A stretch of 34,946 bases of DNA, from positions 1 to 34,946 of IMG/VR virus record IMGVR_UViG_3300008255_000285. The stretch is one strand, 5' to 3'. Origin of the DNA: a virus (taxonomy: Duplodnaviria > Caudoviricetes). Position numbers and translations under genes: made by a program. Positions within the stretch are counted from its first letter, which is position 1. Every line of letters starts with the position of its first letter. This document shows, one piece after another, positions 1 through 7,812 of this stretch. The notes beneath the pieces were generated by a model. It saw only the letters and a list, made by a program, of their open reading frames with translations, was not told the DNA's origin and searched no databases.

Positions 1-46
1 CATACTCTACATACTCTACATACTCTACATACTCTACATACTCTAC
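1..46. repeat. Tandem 9-bp repeat (CATACTCTA x5 + C), identical to the last 46 nt of the window; terminal overlap of a circular assembly
   Basis: 1-46 is identical to 34901-34946, read directly. Confidence 0.95.
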
Positions 47-241
47 GCATGTTTAAATTTTTGTACTAACCCTATTATAGGGCCATAAATGGAGGCGTGT
101 ACAGTGTCTCCGCCCGCGTGTGTTCGGTCTCGAACATATATCGGATACCATTTGTTATTTACTTTTATATCCTTCGTGTTGACACCACGACACGAAAGCG
201 TCTATTTGTGATACGTGAAGTAAATTTCGGCGTGTGGGCAT
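43..241 (-). pseudogene. Probable frameshifted or deleted small early gene
   Basis: SD-like AGATAGGA (251-258) then ATG at 241 gives MPTRRNLLHVSQIDAFVSWCQHEGYKSK*; the +1 frame continues IKVNNKWYPIYVRDRTHAGGDTVHASIYGPIIGLVQKFKHA* to a TAG at 43-45 with no start codon of its own. Confidence 0.45.
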
Positions 242-263
242 TTGCTGTTTTCCTATCTGTTGC

Positions 264-291
264 AAAAAAGAGGCGGGCACGGTGGCCCGCC
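264..291 (-). terminator. Intrinsic terminator after the 250-aa early gene
   Basis: Minus strand GGCGGGC-CACCGT-GCCCGCC followed by TCTTTTTT, just downstream of the stop at 308. Confidence 0.75.
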
Positions 292-307
292 AGTCTTGGG
301 GAAAGGG

Positions 308-1060
308 TTAGGCGGCTTTCTGCTTTTTTGCTTCGACCGTTTTAGCGGGTTTTTTGTCCTCTTTTTTTGGCTTAGCGGCTTTGCGTTTCGCAATAGCGGT
401 CTTCACGTCATCGCCAAGGATGGTAACTTGTTCGTTGCGGCGTACTTTACCGCGTAACACGTTACCTACGTTCATGCGGAGCATGCCCGCATTAAGGTCT
501 TTTTCAACCCACCCGTTATAGCGGGTTTCAAGGCCGTTTTCCAACGCTACTTGCTTTACTTCCTGTTCGGACAAGCCAAGTAAGCCTTCGGCAACGTTGT
601 CACCGCAGTGGATGGAAATTGAACCACTATCCGTACGTACGGAGCGGTCGTGTTGGTATCCTTCACGGTATTGGTCATTAACGGCTTTAAAGCGTACTGA
701 ACTCTCTTTGTAGTTTTTTGTCGTTCCGTTTTCAAGCTTGACGCGAAAGCGTTTAGCGGTTTCGTCTTGCCCTGTGATAACGCCTTTACCCGCAGGGGTG
801 AACACGGCGCGTCCGTTGTACTTGCTTTCCGCGAAGGTGTACGTGGGGGCTTCTTTTTTCGCTTCGACCGTTTTAGCGGGTTTTTTCTCCGCTTTGGCCT
901 TCTCGGTGGTTTTGATGTCGCTCATCTTGATTTTTCCTTCCTCAATAAGCTTGTTAATGAAGTTGCGGGCGTGGTCAATCCGCGCAAACTCTCGGTTCAT
1001 ACCTCTGGCAGTCAACAAGTTGTTGATTTGTTCGAGGGTCATTTTTTCAACGTTATTCAT
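308..1060 (-). CDS. Early basic protein (250 aa) with K/A/P-rich histone-like linkers; possibly DNA-binding
   Basis: Clean ORF with AGATAGGAG SD; KKPAKTVEAKK occurs twice; SH3-like beta segment. Confidence 0.8.
   Translation of the reverse strand: MNNVEKMTLEQINNLLTARGMNREFARIDHARNFINKLIEEGKIKMSDIKTTEKAKAEKKPAKTVEAKKEAPTYTFAESKYNGRAVFTPAGKGVITGQDETAKRFRVKLENGTTKNYKESSVRFKAVNDQYREGYQHDRSVRTDSGSISIHCGDNVAEGLLGLSEQEVKQVALENGLETRYNGWVEKDLNAGMLRMNVGNVLRGKVRRNEQVTILGDDVKTAIAKRKAAKPKKEDKKPAKTVEAKKQKAA
330..886. repeat. 26-bp direct repeat (330-355 and 861-886) encoding KKPAKTVEA
   Basis: GCTTCGACCGTTTTAGCGGGTTTTTT occurs at both positions. Confidence 0.9.
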
Positions 1061-1148
1061 AGCATTCTCCTATCTGTGCATGGTTACGTTAATGAAGCGT
1101 GATTGCTTCGGACGAAGGGCCAAGGTGGTGACCCCTCCCCCGCTGAAA

Positions 1149-1277
1149 TCACTGGCAAGCGTTGCCGTGTATTGCTACACATGCAAAAGTTACAAGTCCA
1201 AGTAGCATGGCGATAAAGACGAGGAAAGTAATTCCCTCTAAAGTCATCAGCAAAAGCTGTTTCCAAGTGGTCGGCAT
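1149..1277 (-). CDS. Small single-pass membrane protein (42 aa), not in the ORF track
   Basis: AGATAGGAG at 1286-1294, ATG at 1277; MPTTWKQLLLMTLEGITFLVFIAMLLGLVTFACVAIHGNACQ*. Confidence 0.65.
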   Translation of the reverse strand: MPTTWKQLLLMTLEGITFLVFIAMLLGLVTFACVAIHGNACQ

Positions 1278-1326
1278 TGGTTTTTCTCCTATCTAAACCT
1301 AGTTAATCACAGGCATTGGGTCCGTG

Positions 1327-1524
1327 TCAAGTACCCTTATTCCTGCCTATGGTTTCGTTAATCCAGTCCCACGCGTCACGGGCGGACGTGTATTCGCCTA
1401 TGTGCTTTTTGGTGGGGACCTCTAGAACGGTCCATTCCCCGTCCCCTAGCTGTAGGGGGACGTAAAGAGGCAAGGGACGCGGGGCGTTCATTCGGCGGTA
1501 CGCGATGCGGGTTGTGTGGTCCAT
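1327..1524 (-). CDS. Hypothetical early protein (65 aa)
   Basis: GGAG SD; packed directly behind the 1527-1652 ORF. Confidence 0.6.
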   Translation of the reverse strand: MDHTTRIAYRRMNAPRPLPLYVPLQLGDGEWTVLEVPTKKHIGEYTSARDAWDWINETIGRNKGT

Positions 1525-1526
1525 GT

Positions 1527-1652
1527 TTATTCTCCGTCTAGGTCTTTTAAGCGGTTTATTTCTTCTATGATTTCTTCGTGCGTGTAACGGGTTTGTCCGT
1601 TGTCCCCCACGAGGGCCTCATATATTTCGGCTAGTTGTTGTTCGGCGGTCAT
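1527..1652 (-). CDS. Small acidic hypothetical protein (41 aa), not in the ORF track
   Basis: ATGA overlap with the upstream stop at 1649-1652; MTAEQQLAEIYEALVGDNGQTRYTHEEIIEEINRLKDLDGE*. Confidence 0.6.
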   Translation of the reverse strand: MTAEQQLAEIYEALVGDNGQTRYTHEEIIEEINRLKDLDGE

Positions 1653-1873
1653 CGTCTGTAGTCCTCTTCATTTTGGATGTACTTCGGGAAAAGCTCCACG
1701 GCTTCGCGGGCTCCAAGTTTATCCCCCGTGTGTGCGATGATATGGTCGCAGTCGTCCAGCGTCCCGCGATATGCAGCGTAGTCCCCCTTCCCCGTTTGGG
1801 TGCCGAGGTATCCTTGAGTGAGCACGACGTGGTCCCCTGTGGTGTAGTCTATTAGGGTTGCGATTAGTTTCAT
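1649..1873 (-). CDS. Hypothetical early protein (74 aa; start revised to MKLIA)
   Basis: AGATAGGAG at 1881-1889 precedes the ATG at 1873. Confidence 0.7.
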   Translation of the reverse strand: MKLIATLIDYTTGDHVVLTQGYLGTQTGKGDYAAYRGTLDDCDHIIAHTGDKLGAREAVELFPKYIQNEEDYRR

Positions 1874-1952
1874 GACGGTTCTCCTATCTGTTGTCATGTT
1901 TTCCTGCCTTATGGTCAGGCTAGCGGGGGCCAAATAACCCCCGCAGGTCTGG

Positions 1953-2225
1953 TCACAGGTCGCTTAGGTACGTGTCAAGCCACGCTTTGAGGTGTCCTTC
2001 TACCGTTTCGTATCCGTGCACGGTTATCTCTGGTTCCTCTTCGGGGTCTTCTATCACGGGGCTATCGTGGCCCAGCCCCGTTGAGGCGGTTTCCACGAGG
2101 GCAAGGAGCATGGTCAGCTTCTGCCGTTCCCACGGGGTGGGGTTTTCCACGGTCAGGGTCTCGTAGCCGTCCCCCTCAAGGGTCACGGTCCACGGGGTGG
2201 CGTTTGGTGCGGTCTCTTGTGTCAT
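1953..2225 (-). CDS. Acidic hypothetical protein, first gene of the early operon (90 aa; start MTQET)
   Basis: TAGGAG SD at ~2233-2238, downstream of the strong promoter. Confidence 0.7.
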   Translation of the reverse strand: MTQETAPNATPWTVTLEGDGYETLTVENPTPWERQKLTMLLALVETASTGLGHDSPVIEDPEEEPEITVHGYETVEGHLKAWLDTYLSDL

Positions 2226-2281
2226 GAGCGGTCTCCTATATGTTCTCTTGTGGCGGGGCGGGATGCCCAACCGATACAACC

Positions 2282-2310
2282 ATCCTACCACGGCGAGAAA
2301 GCGGTGTCAA
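2282..2310 (-). promoter_or_regulatory. Strong sigma70-type early promoter
   Basis: TTGACA-17 nt-TAGGAT with TG extended -10 on the minus strand. Confidence 0.8.
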
Positions 2311-2316
2311 GCGTCG

Positions 2317-2404
2317 GATGTTGTGCACCGCACAAAAAGCGAGGGGTTGACAAGCGGAAAGCGAGGCGGGACGCGGCTTGTGGGGTTGTGCGGTGCACAA
2401 CATC
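2317..2404. promoter_or_regulatory. Perfect 19-bp inverted repeat pair; each arm contains the palindrome TTGTGC-N3-GCACAA; putative operators
   Basis: GATGTTGTGCACCGCACAA (2317-2335) and TTGTGCGGTGCACAACATC (2386-2404). Confidence 0.7.
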
Positions 2405-2837
2405 GAGGCGGTTCGGGTCGTGCGGTGCGCGTGCCATGTGCTGATACGCAAGGGCGGGGTGCGGGAGCACGAGGACGCATGGCACGCGAGGGCGCAGGTA
2501 GGTGCATAGCGGGCGACACGGGCAGACGCACGGGGGAGCACGCAAGCACGAAACGCCCACGAGGGGGCGCGGTTTCCGCGGAGGCTGGAGGCGGGCCAAG
2601 CGACACGGGACGGGGTGACATACCTGCAGGTCAAAAACCGCGAGAGCGGGTGTATGTGGCGCGTGTCGTGAAACCCGCATGCCTGTGCCCGTAGGAGGGG
2701 GTGCTTGCCCCGCGCCGAGGGAGGGAGGACCCGCGAAACGCGTCGGGGACGGGCGGTTTTTGACACGGGGGGTTATTCCCCACCAGTATATAGGTTGCGT
2801 TCCCGCTTCGCCGAAATCCGAATTCACTGTTTTCCAG

Positions 2838-3125
2838 ATGTAGAGTATTGTAGAGTATGAAGTAAACTAACCCTCTACACCTCACAGCCCGCGTCCTTCT
2901 TCATCCTTGGCCCATATGTAGAGTATGTAGAGTATGTAGAGTATGGTTCGAACTCTTCTAACGTGTACACGACGTTATGTACCCCTTTTTTTCTTAAAAT
3001 TCTTATATAAAGGGGGGAGAATTATACTCTACATACTCTACAGGTCGGCTCTGCGCGGCGGCTCTCTTTGGTTCTGGGCCGTAGAGTATGAGCCGTTCGT
3101 CATACTCTACACATACTCTACATAC
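2838..3125. repeat. Iteron module A: TGTAGAGTA repeats in both orientations around an AT-rich tract; putative replication origin
   Basis: Copies at 2839-2859, 2917-2945 (x3), inverted 3024-3042, hairpin 3081-3110; diverged duplicate at 34625-34946. Confidence 0.75.
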
Positions 3126-3145
3126 ATAACGTTTTCCCAAACCCT

Positions 3146-3173
3146 TTGCCCGTGTCGCTTGTCGTGGTATAAT
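3146..3173 (+). promoter_or_regulatory. Sigma70-type promoter with extended -10
   Basis: TTGCCC-16 nt-TATAAT, with TGG immediately before the -10. Confidence 0.6.
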
Positions 3174-3179
3174 ATGGGT

Positions 3180-3605
3180 ATGGCAGGTCACACGAAGCGC
3201 AGAAACGAGCGCAACGCGGCCAACCCCTTTTATGGTGGGCGGTGGTGCGATAGAGAAGGGTATGTCGGCCCGAGCCGAGGACCCGAAGGTTACTGCGTTT
3301 ATTTGATGTGTACCCGCGAAGGGTTTATAACGGTACATGAAGAGTATGTTTGTTGGTTGATAGCCCGTGGCGACAGTCAAAGAAGTGCTTTTCGGCGCGT
3401 CCATTGGCCCAAGAAACGGACTGGGAAGGATTGCATACCGAAGCCCAAGATGCGTAAGCGTATTGAAGATTTACGTGAAATGCATGAAGAGGGGGTTATA
3501 GACTTAGAAAAAGGCCCGTGGGATTATTACGGGCTTGACATAGGGAACGAAAACGCGTATTATAGATTACCAATGAGGGATTACAGTGACATCGGACTTA
3601 AGTAA
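3180..3605 (+). CDS. Hypothetical basic protein (141 aa), probably leaderless
   Basis: 3' part of ORF 2943-3605; the ATG at 3180 lies 7 nt after the TATAAT; the 5' extension only translates iterons. Confidence 0.55.
   Translation: MAGHTKRRNERNAANPFYGGRWCDREGYVGPSRGPEGYCVYLMCTREGFITVHEEYVCWLIARGDSQRSAFRRVHWPKKRTGKDCIPKPKMRKRIEDLREMHEEGVIDLEKGPWDYYGLDIGNENAYYRLPMRDYSDIGLK
3535..3563 (+). promoter_or_regulatory. Sigma70-type promoter for the packaging/structural operon
   Basis: TTGACA-17 nt-TATTAT immediately upstream of terS. Confidence 0.75.
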
Positions 3606-4101
3606 AAATACTGAATTTGAGAAGAAACCGCTGGAAATAGCCATCGAGCATAGGGCTAAACTGGCGGCGGAAATGAACAACAGGCTCTCGCCACTACAAG
3701 TGGCATTTGTAAACCACTTTTTCCTTAAACAAATGAATATCGGGGATGCGGCAGACGCTACGGGAATACCCATGAGGCAAGCGCACGACTGGTTGGAAGA
3801 AGGCCATCCCGTGTCCGAGTACATCGCCCGCAGGTTGGAAAAGATGACGGACCAAGTGGATGTGACGATGGAGGAAATCATCATGGGTCTGAAAGCCGAA
3901 GCGACCCGCATGCCTGATGGGAAAGACGATAAAACAGTTAGCCACGCGGCACGGGTAGGCGCATGGGATAAATTAGCACGTATCAAGGGCGGATACAACG
4001 CAGGGGGCGGGAAAAACAAGAGCAAAGTCACGGTGAATATTAATTTGGCCCCTGATAAACAGGAAATCGACGTAGAAGCGATAGACATGGACCAAACATG
4101 A
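3586..4101 (+). CDS. terS: Terminase small subunit
   Basis: N-terminal HTH-like segment (LSPLQVAFV..NIGDAADATGI), helical middle, ARVGAWDKLARI, beta-strand C-terminus; ATGA overlap with terL. Confidence 0.8.
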   Translation: MTSDLSKNTEFEKKPLEIAIEHRAKLAAEMNNRLSPLQVAFVNHFFLKQMNIGDAADATGIPMRQAHDWLEEGHPVSEYIARRLEKMTDQVDVTMEEIIMGLKAEATRMPDGKDDKTVSHAARVGAWDKLARIKGGYNAGGGKNKSKVTVNINLAPDKQEIDVEAIDMDQT

Positions 4102-5624
4102 GCGACCAGTCAATCAATTATAACGCCAGTCCTACCCTGTCCCGCTTCCATCGGTCCAATGCGCACGTTCGGGGGATAAGAGGGCCTATCGGGAGTGGCA
4201 AATCGGTGGGCTGTTGTCTTGAAATATTTATGAAGATGGCGAACCAAGCCCCGAACGCCGAAGGAATTCGCAAATCGAGATGGGTCATCATCCGTAACAC
4301 ATACCCCGAGTTGGAAACAACGACCATTAAGACGTGGTTAGATTGGTTCCCCGAAGACACTTTCGGTAAGTTAATCCGCAAAATCCCTATGTGTTATCAC
4401 TTTAAATATAACGATATCGAAGCCGAAGTTTATTTTATAGCGATGGACAAGCCGCAGGACGCGAAGAAAGTGCTTTCCCTCGAACTGACGGGGGTCTTTT
4501 TTAACGAGGCCCGCGAGATGCATATTGATGTCATCACTAAGGCCATTGACCGCGTGGGACGCTACCCGAGCCAGAAGGACCGACCGCCAAACATCCCTTG
4601 GGACCAGTGGCCGACATGGTATGGGGTAATTATGGACACCAACCCGCCTGACGATGAACATTGGTGGCCTATCTATGCGGGAGATGTACCCGTGCCCGAA
4701 CTGCCCGAGTGGGAAGGATTTGTGCCCCCGAATAATTGGGAATTCTTCACTCAACCGCCCGCCGCCTTTGAAATCAAAGTCGATGGGAAAACCAAATGGC
4801 ACTTGAACCCCAACGCGGAAAACTTAGAGAACCTAGCCAAAGATTACTATGCCAACATCATTCAAGGGAAAACAAATGCCCACATTAGGATTTACGTAGG
4901 CAATAAGTATGGTACTACAGTGGACGGGAAAGTAGTTTACCCCGAGTACAGCGATGACGTACATTTGGCCAAGGAACCACTGAAAGCTATCAAAGGCAAA
5001 CGGATTATTGCAGGAGTTGACTTCGGGCGCACTCCTGCTGTTTATTTTGGCCAACCTGATTTGCGCGGCCAGTGGCGCGGGTTGCATGAAATTGTGACGA
5101 GTGGCGTGGGGACCAAGACGCTTGCCCGCCTCATTAAGCGCGAGATTAGAATAGCGTTTCCCGACCACCAATTGTCCGAATTCGACTTCTATGGGGACCC
5201 TGCTGGTATGAACCCGACCGAGAATGAGGATAAATCATCGTTCGAGATACTCCAAGGGCAGGGCATAAAAATCAAACCCGCCCCCACAAATAATGCTTAT
5301 ACCCGCATTGAAGCAGGTCGGGAGCCTTTAGAATTGTTGCTACCTAATGGGGTAGCGGGTTACCAACTATCCCCCACTATGAAGATGACCCAGAAAGGGT
5401 TCAAAACAGGATACAGATATAAACGAATAAATATGACAGGGGGTTCAGTTCTATATGATGATAAGCCTGATAAGAAATCAAAATTCTCCCACATACATGA
5501 TGCGCGGCAATACGCACTCTGTGGGGCGGGCTACGGTAAAGAAGTAACAGGAAAGGGTAAAAATTGGAAGACGGGCAAGACTTTCAAAGCCAAAACTGGG
5601 TTCAACCCCTTATCACGGACGTAA
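4098..5624 (+). CDS. terL: Terminase large subunit
   Basis: Walker A GPIGSGKS, Walker B VFFNEARE, DTNPP coupling motif, nuclease motifs GVDFG, YGDPAG and HIHDARQY. Confidence 0.95.
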   Translation: MSDQSINYNASPTLSRFHRSNAHVRGIRGPIGSGKSVGCCLEIFMKMANQAPNAEGIRKSRWVIIRNTYPELETTTIKTWLDWFPEDTFGKLIRKIPMCYHFKYNDIEAEVYFIAMDKPQDAKKVLSLELTGVFFNEAREMHIDVITKAIDRVGRYPSQKDRPPNIPWDQWPTWYGVIMDTNPPDDEHWWPIYAGDVPVPELPEWEGFVPPNNWEFFTQPPAAFEIKVDGKTKWHLNPNAENLENLAKDYYANIIQGKTNAHIRIYVGNKYGTTVDGKVVYPEYSDDVHLAKEPLKAIKGKRIIAGVDFGRTPAVYFGQPDLRGQWRGLHEIVTSGVGTKTLARLIKREIRIAFPDHQLSEFDFYGDPAGMNPTENEDKSSFEILQGQGIKIKPAPTNNAYTRIEAGREPLELLLPNGVAGYQLSPTMKMTQKGFKTGYRYKRINMTGGSVLYDDKPDKKSKFSHIHDARQYALCGAGYGKEVTGKGKNWKTGKTFKAKTGFNPLSRT

Positions 5625-6076
5625 CGTGGTGGGTTGTTTTCGAGGACAGGGAGGGCAGGAGGCCCCGCCTGTGGGATAGATGTACCTCGGCAGGTATGCG
5701 ACATGTCTGGGCGGTCACACGGACCCCCATGGACGACGGCTGGATGGGCCTCGATGCCACCGCGAACGGGCTACAGGTTCGTTTTTACCCTGATTTTTTG
5801 GTTCTAGAACAAAATCCGAGGGGGTTGTTAGACATTTTGGTACAGGAAGGACATCAAATTTTACCCGCCAACGGTATAATAGACCCTCGGTATTTGTGGA
5901 GAATAGGGCCAATGACATGCGTAGAGTTAGTTCGACAGCTTCTAGCAATACGCAATCCGTTTGTGTTCACCCCGAAACAACTTTACCGATATATTGTCAA
6001 ACATAGGCTTAACATGTTCCAATATTCTCGAATACCTACGAAAGGGGGAGAAGATGTCCAAGCCGAAGAAACCTGA
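5564..6076 (+). CDS. Hypothetical protein with permuted papain/NlpC-P60-like motifs; start uncertain
   Basis: RHVWAV ... TCVELVRQLL ... FTPKQLY (His before Cys); lies between terL and portal. Confidence 0.55.
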   Translation: MEDGQDFQSQNWVQPLITDVTWWVVFEDREGRRPRLWDRCTSAGMRHVWAVTRTPMDDGWMGLDATANGLQVRFYPDFLVLEQNPRGLLDILVQEGHQILPANGIIDPRYLWRIGPMTCVELVRQLLAIRNPFVFTPKQLYRYIVKHRLNMFQYSRIPTKGGEDVQAEET

Positions 6077-6278
6077 TAACAGCGCGGCCATTGCAGAGGC
6101 TAATCGTTCTAGAGAAGAAGCGGAAAAGCGCGAAGCTGATGCTAAGGCGAAACAAAAATTATCTCAAGAACAAATTATTGCACAAAATCAATCACGTCGG
6201 AAACGTTCTTCTTCTCGTTTCTCCCTATTATTACTGTCCGACGACGATGATAGTTTAGGCGCAAATGCAAACGGATAA
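6054..6278 (+). CDS. Small virion/head-associated protein (74 aa)
   Basis: GGGGGAG SD; start MSKPKKPD; coiled coil; pre-portal position typical of T7-like podoviruses. Confidence 0.65.
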   Translation: MSKPKKPDNSAAIAEANRSREEAEKREADAKAKQKLSQEQIIAQNQSRRKRSSSRFSLLLLSDDDDSLGANANG

Positions 6279-7812
6279 ATTACTCGCACTGTTTCAACAC
6301 GCTAAGACGAAACGCCGCCATTGGGACGCGCTTATCCGAGATGCGTACCGATATGGCGTACCACACAGGGATATGGCTAATTACACCACAGCGGGGGTGT
6401 CCAAGAATTCAGATTTATTCGATAGCACGTTGGCGGACAGCACGGTTAATTTTGCCAACTTCATGCATGAAGGTTTTACCCCTCCCGAACAACGATGGTT
6501 TACTTTTGCGGCGGGGGTGGAAGTACCTGAGGCGCAGAAAGAGAAAGTACAAGCCCTTCTGGATGCAGTCTCGGAACGTTGGTTTCAATTGCTATGGCAA
6601 ACGAATTTTGACACCGAGATTAACCAGTGTTTCTACGACCTCGCCGTGGGTACTGCTTCCTTGGGAATTAGGGATTATGACGACGGCTCTCCTGCTACAT
6701 TTGTCGCTAGCCCTCCTTTCGAGTTGTACATCCTAGAAGGCCGTCAAGGTTTTGTAGACACTACGTTCCGTGAATTCAAATTAGAACCGCGCCAGATTAA
6801 GCTTAATTGGCCCCAATCTACCTACACCGAGGATAACGATCCCCGAGGTAGCAATAACTATGAAGTGACCGTTATTGAAGCGACTTACTACGACCCCGAC
6901 TTAAAGAAAATCATGTACAAGGTCTTTGTTTCTAAAGGCGAACACGAAGGTCTCCATAAAGGGGATGAAATCTTTAGTAAAGAAATGCTTTACAATAACT
7001 GGATTGTTTTCAGATGGTCGGTTGTGTCGGGCGAGACTTACGGTCGCGGGCCTATTATCAATGCGTTACCTGACGCGAAAACGGCAGACCGCGTGGTTGA
7101 ACTCGTGTTGCAGAACGCGTCCATTGCGGTGTCGGGCCTTTGGACGGCGGTGGATGACGGGGTTCTCAACCCTGAAACAATCGAGATTGCCCCTGGGGTT
7201 ATTATTCCCGTGGCATACAACGGAGGGGCTTATGGTAAATCGCTAGAAGCCCTTGAACGGTCAGGCGATTTCAACGTATCAGAACTGGTGTTGAACGACC
7301 TACGTCAGTCCATACGCCGCAAGCTTTTTGATGATTACCTTGCCCCTCTTGATGCGGCTGTGCGGTCGTCCCGCGAGGTTGCCTTGCGCCAATCTAGGTT
7401 GTCCCGCCGAGTAGGCCCGAATTTCGGTCGCTGTAAAACAGAATTCCTCACAAACTTTGTCCGTTCTACCACTCAAATGTGGCAAGCTAAACAAATGTTG
7501 CCCCCGTTCGAGATTGACGGAAGGTATATTACTCTGCGTTATACTTCCCCAATCGCTCAAGCCCAAAATGATGATGATTTGGTCTCCTTGGACGGTTTCC
7601 TCGCCCGTATGAACGCACACACTCCTGGATTAGGCGCGATGGCGGTGAAACCAGAAGAATACGTACACTATGTCGCCGAGAAAATGGGCGTGTCTCAAAA
7701 ATTGTTGCCGTCCCGCGACCAGTTGCTTGAAATTCAAAAAATGGCGGGCCAGTCCATTGCCGAGGGCGGCGATACAGGTCGCGCTCTAGTGGAAGGAGTA
7801 ATCAATGGATAA
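6265..7812 (+). CDS. Portal (head-tail connector) protein
   Basis: 515 aa; LFDST, WF, RW..GETYGRGP..ALPD and YTSPIAQAQ motifs of T7 gp8-type connectors. Confidence 0.92.
   Translation: MQTDKLLALFQHAKTKRRHWDALIRDAYRYGVPHRDMANYTTAGVSKNSDLFDSTLADSTVNFANFMHEGFTPPEQRWFTFAAGVEVPEAQKEKVQALLDAVSERWFQLLWQTNFDTEINQCFYDLAVGTASLGIRDYDDGSPATFVASPPFELYILEGRQGFVDTTFREFKLEPRQIKLNWPQSTYTEDNDPRGSNNYEVTVIEATYYDPDLKKIMYKVFVSKGEHEGLHKGDEIFSKEMLYNNWIVFRWSVVSGETYGRGPIINALPDAKTADRVVELVLQNASIAVSGLWTAVDDGVLNPETIEIAPGVIIPVAYNGGAYGKSLEALERSGDFNVSELVLNDLRQSIRRKLFDDYLAPLDAAVRSSREVALRQSRLSRRVGPNFGRCKTEFLTNFVRSTTQMWQAKQMLPPFEIDGRYITLRYTSPIAQAQNDDDLVSLDGFLARMNAHTPGLGAMAVKPEEYVHYVAEKMGVSQKLLPSRDQLLEIQKMAGQSIAEGGDTGRALVEGVING

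Noticed and set aside
1-46. CRISPR array or telomere-like repeat
   Set aside because: The units are 9 bp and tandem with no unique spacers, and no cas genes are present; they also occur internally in both orientations.
2347-2790. Rightward TTGACA hexamers at 2347 and 2760 as promoters
   Set aside because: No acceptable -10 at 16-18 nt spacing.
2197-2885. Several overlapping 75-180 aa ORFs on both strands
   Set aside because: Low-complexity Arg/Pro/Gly translations of a GC-rich tract with no SD; they overlap the promoter and operators.
2943-3179. N-terminal extension of the 220-aa ORF
   Set aside because: It only translates the iteron module and lies upstream of the predicted promoter.
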